Of a stretch of 32,000 bases of DNA, positions 1 through 9,686 are shown piece after piece. The stretch is from Deltaproteobacteria bacterium. Lineage in GTDB: Bacteria > Bdellovibrionota > JACOXK01. The stretch's first letter is position 1. Every line of letters begins with the position of its first letter. The position numbers and the translations under genes are program-made. Location of the stretch: assembly GCA_016182335.1 (NCBI GenBank), contig JACOXK010000058.1, positions 1 through 32,000 of the forward strand. Reading direction: 5' to 3'. The notes beneath the pieces are model-generated. The model was not told where the DNA came from, made no database searches, and saw only the letters and a list, made by a program, of their open reading frames with translations.

Positions 1-360
1 GCAACCAAAGATGATCTGAAGAGCTTTGCAACCAAAGATGATCTTCAAAAATTCGAAACAAGGATTGATAAAAAATTTGCTACCAAGGATGATTTGCAAA
101 ATGAATTATCTCGTTTTGCTACAAAAAATGATTTAATCGATTTTGAGAAAAGGATCGATACAAAAATTGATAAAAAAGTTGACGAAGGAATTGGCATTTT
201 GAAAGTTCTTATCGAAGATTTACGGAGTGATGTAAAATTACTAGCTGAAGGCAGGGAACCGCACACTCAAAAGCTTGAGCAACATGATAAAATTTTAGAT
301 GATCATGACAACAGAATTATCCAGCTGGAAGATTTTAATTATACAAAAAAAGAAATTTAA
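1..360 (+). CDS. Coiled-coil repeat protein, C-terminal part (5' end lies outside the window)
   Basis: Frame 1 is open from base 1 and continuous with the 94..360 ORF. The peptide motif ATK(D/N)DL recurs four times, with codon blocks starting at nt 1, 28, 79 and 118, separated by 9-17 aa spacers of the type F-E-x-R-I-D-x-K. The heptad-like charged tail suggests a coiled coil. I recognise no family. Confidence 0.5.
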   Translation, partial: ATKDDLKSFATKDDLQKFETRIDKKFATKDDLQNELSRFATKNDLIDFEKRIDTKIDKKVDEGIGILKVLIEDLRSDVKLLAEGREPHTQKLEQHDKILDDHDNRIIQLEDFNYTKKEI

Positions 361-365
361 GCATG

Positions 366-1013
366 TTATTTTCGGTATAAAATAAATTCTTCTTCAGAGG
401 AAAATTGCAAGTAAGGATTGTTTTTGAACTCTTCTCTCAAAGTGGATGTAGGTTGAATTCCATAATGATGGGAGGGGTAAACTTTTAAATCCATGGGGAG
501 TGATTTGATTTTTCTATAAAGGGAGTCATACAGACTCGCTGGATCGCTCTGCGGTAGGTCACATCGGCCGCAACCTCCAATGTGTAAAGTATCCCCTGTA
601 AAGAGTTTATTTTCTAGGAGAAAGCAGAGGCTATCAGGAGTATGTCCTGGAGTATGAAATGCTTGAAATGTGAGGTTTCCAAGACTGATCTTATGAGCCT
701 CAAGAACAGAAATAAAATGGGCTTTAATATAAGACAGCTTATGAAGTCCATCGGGGTGAGCATATATTTTAAGATCAAAGTTTAAGCATAACTCTAAGAG
801 AGATTCGAGCTGATCTGCGTGAGAGTGTGTTAAGAGAAGAGCTTCGAGTTTTAGAGAGTTTTTATCGAGCAGCGAAACGCAGTTTTCATAGTCCAAAGAT
901 GGATCAATAATACAGGCCTTTGCTGTTTCCTGACATCCAATAACATAACTTAATTGATGAAAGGGACTGGATGTAACTTGTTGAAAATAATAAATTTTTC
1001 TAAATAACTCCAA
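366..1013 (-). CDS. MBL-fold metallo-hydrolase (glyoxalase II / persulfide dioxygenase-like)
   Basis: 215 aa ORF with the metallo-beta-lactamase motif series THSHADQ, HTPGHTPDS, TGDTLHIGGCGRCD and PSHHYG. The first motif reads HxHxDQ rather than the canonical HxHxDH. Confidence 0.8.
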   Translation of the reverse strand: MELFRKIYYFQQVTSSPFHQLSYVIGCQETAKACIIDPSLDYENCVSLLDKNSLKLEALLLTHSHADQLESLLELCLNFDLKIYAHPDGLHKLSYIKAHFISVLEAHKISLGNLTFQAFHTPGHTPDSLCFLLENKLFTGDTLHIGGCGRCDLPQSDPASLYDSLYRKIKSLPMDLKVYPSHHYGIQPTSTLREEFKNNPYLQFSSEEEFILYRK

Positions 1014-1046
1014 AATATTACCTTTTCTCCCCTTGAATTTTATGAC

Positions 1047-3491
1047 ATGATACTTATATTAGTAGCTCATACAAACATGGATAAACAAGACAATCAACAA
1101 CAGCCTTCAGATCAGGAGCAAGATTCTTCAATTTTTCAGAGCGATCCTTATAGCCCAATTAAAACTCCTGATAACATTCCCACAAATCTTTTTATTCTGC
1201 CTTTACGAAATATTATTATTTTCCCAGGCATGATGTTTCCAGTAGTTGTTCTCAAAGAAAATCTTATTGAAACAGTAAGAAGCTCTCATTCTCAAACCCC
1301 TTATATTGGATTGATAGCCAGAAAAAAAACAGATCATGAGGATGTTCTTCCTCAAGATCTGTATGAAATGGGAATCGTCGCAAAAATTCATAAGATTATT
1401 AATCTTCCTGAAGGGGGTATTAGCCTTGTAGTACAAGGGTTGAAAAAAATGAAGGTTGAGCGCTATATTCGCACGACCCCACATCTTATAGCTAAAGTTC
1501 GTTACATTGATGATATCATTCAAGATGATGACGAAACCAAGGCTCTGTTTCGAAATGTTCAAAATCTTCTGAAAGAAATCATTTCTCTGAATAGGGATAT
1601 TTCCGAAGACATGAATCTAGTTCTTGCAAACATGACGAGTCCTCAGGTTTTAACAGATTTTATTGCTTCTCACTTCAAAATGAAACTTTTTGACAGACAG
1701 GATCTGCTTGAAACATTAGATGTCAAAGAAAGGCTTAAAAAAATAAGTTTGGTTCTATCTAAAGAACTCAACCTCTTAAAACTTGGCGACAAAATTCAAA
1801 GACAAATCAATAAAAAAATTGAAAAAAGTCAGAAGGAATTTTTTTTAAGAGAACAACTCAAGGCTATTCGAAAAGAGCTTGGCGAAGGAAAGGACGAAAA
1901 ATCTCTTGATATTGATAGATTTGAACAAGAGCTCAAAAATTTACCAGAATATGCAAAAAAAGGTATCGAAGAAGAAATCAAAAGAATGAAGTTGATGATG
2001 CCTGAGTCAGCTGAATATCATGTTATTCGAAATTATATTGAGAGCATTCTCAAGCTTCCCTGGACAAAAACTACAACAGATAATTCAAATATTGATCATG
2101 CTGAAAAGATACTCAACCGAGACCATTATGGATTGGAACGGGTCAAAGAAAGAATCCTAGAGTTTATGGCTGTACGTCAGCTTAAACCCAAAGGACATGG
2201 TCCTATTCTTTGTTTTGTAGGCCCACCAGGTGTTGGTAAAACTTCCTTAGGAAAATCCATTGCTGAATCCCTTGGAAGAAAGTTCTATCGTCTTTCGTTA
2301 GGTGGTATGCGAGATGAAGCTGAAATTAAAGGACATCGACGGACCTATATAGGTGCCATGCCTGGAAGAATCATGCAAGGAATTAAGATTTCAGCAACTA
2401 ACAATCCCGTATTTATGCTGGATGAGGTCGATAAAGTAGTGAGTTCCTATCAAGGTGACCCTGCCGCAGCTCTTCTCGAAGCGCTTGATCCAGAGCAAAA
2501 TGGAGAATTTCTAGATCACTACCTGGATATACCCTTTGATTTATCAAAAGTGATGTTCATTTGTACAGCCAATGTTTTATCAACAATTCCTTCTGCTCTG
2601 CTAGATAGAATGGAGGTCATTGATTTACCCGGATATATTCCTGAAGAAAAAATAGAGATAGCAAAGAAATATCTATTGCCAAAACAAATTGACGAAAATG
2701 GTATTCAACCTAAAAATATCAGCATCAATACAGAGACAATAAAAGATATCATTATGCATTATACTCAGGAAGCTGGGGTACGAAATCTCAATCGAGAAAT
2801 AGGCAGAATTTGCAGAAAAATAGCGACTCGTATAGCCAGAGAGTCCAATTCAAAATTATGTGTTGAGGTTAATGAGAAAAATTTGGATAAGTTTCTTGGA
2901 CCCCCAAAAGTTTTTGATGAAATAGTTCGAAGAGTTCAAAGTCCTGGGGTTGCAGTCGGGCTTGCCTGGACAAGTTATGGCGGAGAAATTTTATTCATTG
3001 AGTCGGCAAAAATGCCAGGCTCAAAATCGCTTGAAACAACTGGGCAGTTGGGGGAGGTGATGGAGGAATCTACCAAGATAGCCCTAAGTTATATCCGTTC
3101 TCACTGTTCAACATTTAAACTTAAAAAAATGCCACTTAAAGATATTGATATCCACATTCATTTTCCAGCAGGGGCAACTCCTAAAGATGGTCCTTCTGCG
3201 GGTATTGCGGTTGCAACTTCGCTTTTATCCCTATTTAAGAATAAACCGATGAAGCCCAGGTGGGCAATGACAGGAGAACTGACTCTTACGGGGCGTGTTT
3301 TGCCGGTTGGAGGAATCAAAGAAAAAGTTGTTGCAGCAAAGAGGAGTGGAATCAGAGATATTATTTTGCCCGAGAGAAATAAAAAAGACCTTGATGAAAT
3401 ACCTAAACATGTCTTGAAGGGCCTCACTTTTCACTTTGCAGAAACCTACCCGCAGGTCTACGAACTGGCGTTTTCAAAGGGAAGAGTCTAA
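1047..3491 (+). CDS. lon: ATP-dependent Lon protease (LonA type)
   Basis: 814 aa ORF. It has the N-terminal LON domain (LPLRNIIIFPGMMFPV), Walker A GPPGVGKTS, the catalytic Ser motif PKDGPSAG and the catalytic Lys region GGIKEKVVAAKRSGI. The in-frame ATG at 1077 (MDKQDN...) is an alternative start. Confidence 0.95.
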   Translation: MILILVAHTNMDKQDNQQQPSDQEQDSSIFQSDPYSPIKTPDNIPTNLFILPLRNIIIFPGMMFPVVVLKENLIETVRSSHSQTPYIGLIARKKTDHEDVLPQDLYEMGIVAKIHKIINLPEGGISLVVQGLKKMKVERYIRTTPHLIAKVRYIDDIIQDDDETKALFRNVQNLLKEIISLNRDISEDMNLVLANMTSPQVLTDFIASHFKMKLFDRQDLLETLDVKERLKKISLVLSKELNLLKLGDKIQRQINKKIEKSQKEFFLREQLKAIRKELGEGKDEKSLDIDRFEQELKNLPEYAKKGIEEEIKRMKLMMPESAEYHVIRNYIESILKLPWTKTTTDNSNIDHAEKILNRDHYGLERVKERILEFMAVRQLKPKGHGPILCFVGPPGVGKTSLGKSIAESLGRKFYRLSLGGMRDEAEIKGHRRTYIGAMPGRIMQGIKISATNNPVFMLDEVDKVVSSYQGDPAAALLEALDPEQNGEFLDHYLDIPFDLSKVMFICTANVLSTIPSALLDRMEVIDLPGYIPEEKIEIAKKYLLPKQIDENGIQPKNISINTETIKDIIMHYTQEAGVRNLNREIGRICRKIATRIARESNSKLCVEVNEKNLDKFLGPPKVFDEIVRRVQSPGVAVGLAWTSYGGEILFIESAKMPGSKSLETTGQLGEVMEESTKIALSYIRSHCSTFKLKKMPLKDIDIHIHFPAGATPKDGPSAGIAVATSLLSLFKNKPMKPRWAMTGELTLTGRVLPVGGIKEKVVAAKRSGIRDIILPERNKKDLDEIPKHVLKGLTFHFAETYPQVYELAFSKGRV

Positions 3492-3558
3492 GAAATTTTT
3501 GATAATTTTATAATCTTCAGGTTCTAGTTTTGTAAATTCAATACCTATGCCTGCTGGA

Positions 3559-3759
3559 TCAGTTGTTGTTTCCTCTTTTGGGTTTTTGCACCATTTCACC
3601 AACCCCTCCACTTTTAAGAGCTGAGGGTTCGCTCAGATTATGAGAAACATAGGTTTTATAATCTTCTTCAACTGCGCCTTTAATGTGCAAAACAACCTGT
3701 GCTTTCACCTTTTTTCTAAAATAATGCCTTCTTTCTTGATCTTGAAGCATCTGCGACAT
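3559..3759 (-). CDS. Small hypothetical protein (66 aa) with a PilZ-like RRxxxR motif
   Basis: A good Shine-Dalgarno precedes it (AGGAG, 9 nt, then ATG on the minus strand), and it lies 43 nt downstream of the dps stop. The N-terminus has ERRHYFRKKVKAQVVL, which matches RRxxxR. The later NLSEPS only partly matches the D/NxSxxG motif, and the protein is shorter than a full PilZ domain. Confidence 0.35.
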   Translation of the reverse strand: MSQMLQDQERRHYFRKKVKAQVVLHIKGAVEEDYKTYVSHNLSEPSALKSGGVGEMVQKPKRGNNN

Positions 3760-3801
3760 CTTATTTTACTCCTAACACGAGGGAATGGGCTTGTCGATGT
3801 A

Positions 3802-4272
3802 TCACTCAGACAAGAAGGAACGAAGCATCCACGCCATTTTTTCATGTTTTTCCATAAGACCGGTGAGAAAATCACTCGTTCCTGCATCTCCAAAATCTTT
3901 GTCACATATGACGAGATCTTTTCTCAAATACCCAATAATGGACTCATGCATTTTTAATAAATTTATTATCATAACCCGCGATTTATCCGTATTGGAACTA
4001 GCCTCGTGGACTCGAGCAAGTTTTGTTATTTGTTTTAAGGCGCCCTGAGCTATCGATCCCAATGTGCGAACGCGCTCGGCAACACTGTCTACCACTTCAA
4101 GTAACTCTTCGTATTGAGAATTGAAAAACTTATGCAAATCATTAAACTGAGGACCAGTGACATTCCAATGATAGTTAAGCGTTTGCGTATAAAGAACAAA
4201 TTCATCTGCTAAAAGTTTATTAAGTAAAGTTCCTACCCCTTCTCTAGAGTTTTCTGATAGACCGATATTCAT
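3802..4272 (-). CDS. dps: Dps family DNA-protection / ferritin-like protein
   Basis: 156 aa with the typical Dps N-terminal helix region LNKLLADEFVLYTQTLNYHWNVTGPQFNDLHKFF. A strong RBS (AGGAGG) sits 4 nt upstream of the ATG. Confidence 0.9.
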   Translation of the reverse strand: MNIGLSENSREGVGTLLNKLLADEFVLYTQTLNYHWNVTGPQFNDLHKFFNSQYEELLEVVDSVAERVRTLGSIAQGALKQITKLARVHEASSNTDKSRVMIINLLKMHESIIGYLRKDLVICDKDFGDAGTSDFLTGLMEKHEKMAWMLRSFLSE

Positions 4273-4362
4273 ATGACCTCCTTTTCCTCCATGTAAACAA
4301 ATGAAAAGAATCGGGTCAATCGTCTGGACGAATGTGTTAGCTTAGATTAATCTCTCCTTATT

Positions 4363-5913
4363 ATGGAAATTTCAGAAAAAATTAAAGAACTTCACAAGAA
4401 AAATGAAGAAGCTGAACAGGGTGGAGGAAAACTTCGTCTGGCAAAACAAATAGAAGTTGGGAAGCTCACCTGTCGTGATAGGATTGCTCTTTTGCTAGAT
4501 GAACATTCATTTTCGGAAGTTGATAAATTTGTCACTCACCATTGCTCAGATTTTGGAATGGAAAAGAATAAGATCTTGTCCGATGGCGCTGTCACTGGGT
4601 ATGGAACTATTGATGGAAGACTTGTCTTTATTTTTTCTCAAGACTTTACCGTTTTCGGTGGTTCATTAAGTCGCACAAATGCAAATAAAATATGTAAAAT
4701 CATGGATTTAGCTCTTGAAAATGGAGCGCCGCTCATAGGCCTTAACGACTCAGGGGGTGCTCGAATCCAAGAGGGGGTTGAGAGCCTTGGAGGATATGCT
4801 GATATCTTCTATCGAAACACCCGAGCTAGTGGCGTTATTCCGCAAATCTCTGCTGTTTTGGGTCCTTGTGCAGGGGGTGCAGTTTACTCGCCGGCCATCA
4901 CTGATTTCATTTTTATGGTCCAGAAGACAGGTTATATGTTTGTTACCGGACCTGATGTTGTTAAAACAGTAACTCACGAAAATGTGGATAAGGATCAGTT
5001 GGGAGGATCTTTAGTTCATGCTTCTAAAAGTGGGGTCGCCCATTTTTCTTGCCAGGATGAGAGAACAACTTTGTTGTTGATTCGTGAGCTCTTGCGTTTT
5101 CTTCCTTCAAATAATTTGGAAGATCCGCCCCATCATGCAACTGCCGATGACATTCATCGGCTTGATAAGAATCTTAATTCTCTGATTCCACTCAATTCAA
5201 AAACCCCATACGACATGAAAGATCTTATTCATACGGTCGTCGATGATAAGTTTTTTTTAGAGGTTTGCGCACTTTATGCACCTAATATTATTATAGGGTT
5301 TGGTCACATGGGTGGACGGAGTGTTGGCATTGTTGCGAATCAGCCGAATCATTTAGCTGGGTGTTTAGATATACACGCCTCTATTAAAGCCGCCCGTTTC
5401 GTGCGTTTCTGTGACGCATTTAACATTCCCATTATTACATTTGTGGACGTCCCTGGTTTTTTGCCTGGACTGGATCAAGAACACGGAGGCATTATTAAAC
5501 ATGGAGCAAAACTCTTGTATGCCTTTGCTGAAGCAACTGTTCCTAAATTCACAGTCATAACAAGAAAGGCCTATGGTGGGGCTTATGATGTTATGAATTC
5601 AAAGCATATTGGCGCTGATCTCAACCTTGCTTATCCAACTGCTGAGATTGCTGTTATGGGTCCAGATGGCGCTGTCAATATCATTTTTAAAGACGAGTTA
5701 TCCAAATCGAAGGACCCACAACAGAGAAAAGAAGAGCTCACACAAAATTATAGAGAAAAATTCGCTACCCCCTATCAGGCTGCTTCGTTGGGTTATATTG
5801 ACGAAATCATTGAACCTCAATATACCCGAGAGCGTCTCATCAAGGCCTTAAACATTTTTAAAAACAAGAGAAAGAAGAATCCTTCCAAAAAACATGGCAA
5901 TATCCCGCTTTAA
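4363..5913 (+). CDS. pccB: Acyl-CoA (propionyl-CoA type) carboxylase, carboxyltransferase beta subunit
   Basis: 516 aa. It shows the carboxyltransferase hallmarks [49 protein letters not shown] and [11 protein letters not shown]. It is the first gene of the operon and overlaps the next gene by 20 nt. Confidence 0.9.
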   Translation: MEISEKIKELHKKNEEAEQGGGKLRLAKQIEVGKLTCRDRIALLLDEHSFSEVDKFVTHHCSDFGMEKNKILSDGAVTGYGTIDGRLVFIFSQDFTVFGGSLSRTNANKICKIMDLALENGAPLIGLNDSGGARIQEGVESLGGYADIFYRNTRASGVIPQISAVLGPCAGGAVYSPAITDFIFMVQKTGYMFVTGPDVVKTVTHENVDKDQLGGSLVHASKSGVAHFSCQDERTTLLLIRELLRFLPSNNLEDPPHHATADDIHRLDKNLNSLIPLNSKTPYDMKDLIHTVVDDKFFLEVCALYAPNIIIGFGHMGGRSVGIVANQPNHLAGCLDIHASIKAARFVRFCDAFNIPIITFVDVPGFLPGLDQEHGGIIKHGAKLLYAFAEATVPKFTVITRKAYGGAYDVMNSKHIGADLNLAYPTAEIAVMGPDGAVNIIFKDELSKSKDPQQRKEELTQNYREKFATPYQAASLGYIDEIIEPQYTRERLIKALNIFKNKRKKNPSKKHGNIPL

Positions 5914-7417
5914 AAAGATACTCATTGCAAACAGAGGAGAAATTGCAGTGAGAGTCATTCGTGCTTGTCGAGAATTAGGTATTTTATCTGTTGCGATTTA
6001 CCCATCACCAGATAGAACGTCTCTTCATGTCCGTATGGCCGACGAAGCCTACTGCCTGGGTGAAGACCCGATGGGATATCTCAATACAGAAAAAATTGTT
6101 GAAAGTGCTGTAAAATCAAATACTTGTGCCATTCATCCTGGCTATGGTTTTCTTTCTGAAAACCCAGAGTTTGCACAAGTCTGTGAGCAAGCCGGGATTG
6201 TCTTTATAGGTCCAAAACCTTCTTCAATTGAAAAAATGGGGCACAAAATTGTTGCACGAAAACTCATGCACAAAAGTGGAGTTCCTATTGTCCCAGGTTC
6301 TACAGAGCCCCTTCAATCGGCCGAACAGATTCAAAAATTAGCTCGTGAAATAGGTTTTCCACTTCTTCTTAAGCCAGCTGAGGGTGGGGGTGGTAAGGGA
6401 ATGGTTTTGGTCAGAGAAGAAAGTGAATTACAGCAGGCTTTCCAATCGTCTCGGCGAATTAGTAAATCTGCCTTTGGAAGTGATCTTGTTTATGCGGAAA
6501 AATATGTTGAACAACCCAGACATGTAGAAGTTCAAATATTGGCAGACTCTTTTGGGAAAACTATTCATCTTTTTGAAAGGGAGTGTTCTGTTCAGAGAAG
6601 GCATCAGAAGATTATTGAAGAAACACCATCAGTTTTTCTGAATGAACAGCAGAGAGAGGATATTTGTTTAAAGGCAGTAAAAGCAGCTGTGGCCATAGAT
6701 TATATAGGAGCAGGAACCGTTGAGTTCATTATTGATAAAAAACATAATTTTTACTTTATGGAAATGAACACCCGTCTTCAAGTCGAGCATCCCATTACGG
6801 AATGGGTAACAGGGGTTGATATCGTGAAGGAACAGATCAGAATTGCTCAGGGAGAAAAACTTCTTCTTGATCAAAATTCTCTTTCCCAAAAGGGGCATTC
6901 TCTTGAGTGCAGAATTTATGCAGAGGATGCAGAGAACAATTTTATGCCATCTCCTGGAAGGATTCATCATCTTGAAATGGCTCAAGGACCTTTTATTCGA
7001 GTGGATTCTGCCATTTACGAAGGCTATACTGTGCCACAGTTTTATGATCCTTTAATAGCCAAACTTTCTGTATGGTCATACAATCGATCTGCTGCTATTT
7101 CAAAAATGATATCATCTTTAAACGAATTTAAAATCTTTGGTATCAAAACAACTGAGAGATTTTTGATTGATTTACTAAACAACAATGATTTTAAAGAGGG
7201 TCGTTATGACACCCACCTTGTCGAAAATCATCTTAAGAAGAATGGTTTTTTAAAAAAAATGACAGAAGATGAAATAACTTGTGCGCTTATTGCATCTGGG
7301 ATTTGTGCTTATGAGTCCAGACATAGATCTTTGCAAGATAAGTTTTTCAATACAGATGCATCATCTTGGAAAGGGGTGAGTCGTCGTGAGTCTCTGAGAA
7401 ATTCTTATGATATTTGA
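5894..7417 (+). CDS. accC: Biotin carboxylase subunit (ATP-grasp) of the acyl-CoA carboxylase
   Basis: 507 aa with [17 protein letters not shown], the glycine-rich loop [11 protein letters not shown], and [14 protein letters not shown]. It carries a ~55 aa extension beyond a standard ~450 aa AccC. Confidence 0.9.
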   Translation: MAISRFKKILIANRGEIAVRVIRACRELGILSVAIYPSPDRTSLHVRMADEAYCLGEDPMGYLNTEKIVESAVKSNTCAIHPGYGFLSENPEFAQVCEQAGIVFIGPKPSSIEKMGHKIVARKLMHKSGVPIVPGSTEPLQSAEQIQKLAREIGFPLLLKPAEGGGGKGMVLVREESELQQAFQSSRRISKSAFGSDLVYAEKYVEQPRHVEVQILADSFGKTIHLFERECSVQRRHQKIIEETPSVFLNEQQREDICLKAVKAAVAIDYIGAGTVEFIIDKKHNFYFMEMNTRLQVEHPITEWVTGVDIVKEQIRIAQGEKLLLDQNSLSQKGHSLECRIYAEDAENNFMPSPGRIHHLEMAQGPFIRVDSAIYEGYTVPQFYDPLIAKLSVWSYNRSAAISKMISSLNEFKIFGIKTTERFLIDLLNNNDFKEGRYDTHLVENHLKKNGFLKKMTEDEITCALIASGICAYESRHRSLQDKFFNTDASSWKGVSRRESLRNSYDI

Positions 7418-7907
7418 GGCCCAGATTGCTGAGAAGTCTTATAAGATCGATGTTCAGAAAAAAATGGCATCCTACGTTATAAAGATTGATTCTTCAGTTT
7501 ATGATATTCCCTTAAATTGGGAAAATCTGTTTGAACTTCATCATAAAACTCAGCAGGTTATTGCTTCCACAGTTTCAAAAACAAAGTTACGCTGTTTTAT
7601 TAATGGTCGGGCTTTGGATGTATTTATTCAGACTGAACAGGAAAAAATTCAAAGTTCACTTTCGCAGGCTGAAGAAGGACGTGAGTTGATAACTTCTATG
7701 CCCGGGAAAATTGTAAAAATTCTTGTAACTCAGGGCCAAAAAGTATCGAAAAATGAATCTGTTCTCATTATGGAAGCTATGAAAATGGAAAACATTTTGA
7801 AATCCCCTTGTAGTGGGGTTGTTCAATCGATTTATGTTAAAGAAAATGATAGTGTTGAGGCACAAACTAAGGTGCTTGAGATTGAATGTGAACAAGAAAA
7901 AATTTGA
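7407..7907 (+). CDS. accB: Biotin carboxyl carrier protein (biotinyl domain)
   Basis: 166 aa with a C-terminal biotinyl domain containing the EAMKMEN biotinylation motif. It overlaps accC by 11 nt. Confidence 0.85.
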   Translation: MIFEAQIAEKSYKIDVQKKMASYVIKIDSSVYDIPLNWENLFELHHKTQQVIASTVSKTKLRCFINGRALDVFIQTEQEKIQSSLSQAEEGRELITSMPGKIVKILVTQGQKVSKNESVLIMEAMKMENILKSPCSGVVQSIYVKENDSVEAQTKVLEIECEQEKI

Positions 7908-9474
7908 AACAACCTCTCATATCGAAGTCAAAGAACTCTATACTAGAGAGGATGTTGAGGGTGAAAGTGGGAAGAACAGAATTGAAACTTCTGGCGCTTT
8001 TCCTTTCACTCGCGGCATTTATCCATCCATGTATCGAAAAAAATTATGGACAATGCGTCAGTATGCTGGGTTTGCTACAGCGGAAGAGTCCAATAAAAGA
8101 TATCGATATTTGTTTGATCATGGACAAACAGGATTGTCTGTAGCTTTTGATCTACCAACCCAGATGGGATTTGATTCTGACTCCCCAAAAGCGTTTGCTG
8201 AAGTAGGGCGCTCAGGAGTTGCTATCGACTCTTTACAGGACATGGAAATTCTTCTTAAAAATTTACCACTGGACCGCATTTCAACTTCTATGACGATTAA
8301 TGCAACGGCTGCCACTCTGCTTGCATGCTACATTGTGGTTGGTGAAAAGCAGGGCGTTGATACAAAAAAACTTCAAGGCACTATTCAAAACGACATTCTT
8401 AAAGAATATATTGCACGGGGTACTTATATTTATCCTCCAGAACCCTCTTTGAGATTGGTTTGTAATATTTTTTCATGGTGTCAGAAGAATTTACCCCAGT
8501 GGAATACAATCAGTATTAGCGGCTATCATATCCGAGAGGCTGGATCGAGCGCTGTGCAAGAACTGGCGTTTACACTTGCAAATGCAATCACTTATGTGGA
8601 GCAGGCTCTTAAGTCTGGCTTGAATATTGATGATTTTGCAGGACGCCTTTCCTTCTTTTTTAATGGGCATAATAATTTTTTGGAGGAGGTAGCTAAGTTT
8701 CGTGCTGCAAGAAGAATGTGGGCCAATATTATGAAAAATCGGTTTGGTGCTAAACTTCAGAGATCCTGGATGTTAAGGTTTCATACTCAAACAGGCGGGT
8801 CTACACTGATGGCAAATCAAATTGAAAACAACGTCGTGCGAGTTACTCTTCAAGCTTTGGCAGCAGTTTTAGGGGGGACTCAATCGCTTCATACAAACTC
8901 AAAAGATGAGGCTTTGTCTTTACCTTCAGACTCTGCTGCAAAACTTGCCCTACGAACTCAGCAAGTGATTGCCTACGAGTCAGGGGTAGCAGATTTTGTT
9001 GATCCGCTGGGTGGGTCTTACGCCGTTGAGAGTTTGACAAATGAGATTGAAAAGAAGGCCCTGGACTATATTTCGTTTATTGAAAAAAGGGGCGGAGTTG
9101 TTGCCTGTATTGAAGAAGGTTTTTTGCAATCTGAGATTCAGAAAGAAAGTTATGCTTATCAACAGTCTATCGAAAATAAAGAACAATTCGTTGTAGGAGT
9201 TAATATTTTCCAGGAGAATGAAAAAAAGCTTTCAAAAGTTCAAAAAATAGATGAAAGATCAATTAAGAAACAAATCAGCAAACTTCAAACATTGAGAAAG
9301 AAGAGAAATTCAAAGCTAGTACGTGAAAGTCTTTCTCGATTGGAGCAAGCCGCCAAAACGGCATCAGAAAATCTCTTTCCGTATATTCTTGAAGCCGTTC
9401 GTGGCTATGCAACGGTAGGAGAAATATCTAATACTCTGAGAAATGTTTTTGGAGAATACAAACCGTCATTTTAG
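7882..9474 (+). CDS. Methylmalonyl-CoA mutase, catalytic (large, N-terminal) subunit without the B12-binding domain
   Basis: The family is recognisable from [54 protein letters not shown] and [12 protein letters not shown]. The ORF is open from 7813, but that start lies inside the BCCP gene. The in-frame TTG at 7882 or GTG at 7888 gives the usual N-terminus, so the start is uncertain. The protein ends before any DxHxxG cobalamin-binding domain. Confidence 0.88.
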   Translation: MNVNKKKFETTSHIEVKELYTREDVEGESGKNRIETSGAFPFTRGIYPSMYRKKLWTMRQYAGFATAEESNKRYRYLFDHGQTGLSVAFDLPTQMGFDSDSPKAFAEVGRSGVAIDSLQDMEILLKNLPLDRISTSMTINATAATLLACYIVVGEKQGVDTKKLQGTIQNDILKEYIARGTYIYPPEPSLRLVCNIFSWCQKNLPQWNTISISGYHIREAGSSAVQELAFTLANAITYVEQALKSGLNIDDFAGRLSFFFNGHNNFLEEVAKFRAARRMWANIMKNRFGAKLQRSWMLRFHTQTGGSTLMANQIENNVVRVTLQALAAVLGGTQSLHTNSKDEALSLPSDSAAKLALRTQQVIAYESGVADFVDPLGGSYAVESLTNEIEKKALDYISFIEKRGGVVACIEEGFLQSEIQKESYAYQQSIENKEQFVVGVNIFQENEKKLSKVQKIDERSIKKQISKLQTLRKKRNSKLVRESLSRLEQAAKTASENLFPYILEAVRGYATVGEISNTLRNVFGEYKPSF

Positions 9475-9558
9475 GGTTTGATAATTCATTTTATTCTGTT
9501 TTATTTCAGAATTTGAATCTCAAGGCACTTTCAAATACAAATTCACTCTTTTTATTTT

Positions 9559-9647
9559 TCAATGGATGGATTGGTGAAGATCACGAAGGATTCCTTTAAT
9601 CTCATCGTTTTCAGGATCGAATTGAAGGGATGACTCAAATTCTTTGA
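9559..9647 (-). pseudogene. Orphan 3'-end fragment of a TPR gene (left copy of the 89-bp direct repeat)
   Basis: By manual alignment it matches 21544..21632 with 2 mismatches in 89 bp (9601 c vs 21586 t; 9613 a vs 21598 g). It encodes the last 28 codons plus the stop of the TPR protein (...KEFESSLQFDPENDEIKGILRDLHQSIH*). An in-frame TAA lies just upstream and there is no start codon. Confidence 0.85.
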
Positions 9648-9686
9648 AGTCTTTCCCGAATACAATCTCTTAGTAAGGTGTGCTAT

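Noticed and set aside
1203-4048. Antisense or alternative-frame ORFs inside lon (1203..1562, 3158..3427, 3231..3434) and opposite dps (3640..3957, 3705..3905, 3785..4048).
   Set aside because: They are fully nested in strongly supported genes, with low-complexity or hydrophobic nonsense-like translations and no RBS. They are typical shadow ORFs.
7407-7417. The 11-nt overlap between the biotin carboxylase and BCCP ORFs could be a frameshift disrupting a fused PccA alpha subunit (507 + 166 aa is about the length of a fused alpha subunit).
   Set aside because: The BCCP ORF has its own ATG in an overlap typical of translational coupling. The 516/507/166 aa subunit sizes match the known three-subunit acyl-CoA carboxylase architecture. 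No stop-riddled frame or truncated domain is evident.
7813-7881. The ORF-track start (ATG 7813) for the methylmalonyl-CoA mutase gives the N-terminus [26 protein letters not shown].
   Set aside because: This segment lies wholly inside the BCCP biotinyl domain coding region in another frame and has no mutase-like sequence. The in-frame TTG 7882 or GTG 7888 gives the expected N-terminus.
9493-9512. The inverted repeat attctg-N8-cagaat after the mutase gene could be an intrinsic terminator.
   Set aside because: The stem is only 6 bp and AT-rich, and no T-run follows. That is too weak to call.
9559-9686. The orphan TPR fragment could be a functional mini-gene, because it keeps the frame and the stop and both substitutions are synonymous.
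   Set aside because: An in-frame TAA lies 8 codons upstream of the repeat, with no ATG, GTG or TTG start between them. Two substitutions are too few to infer selection.
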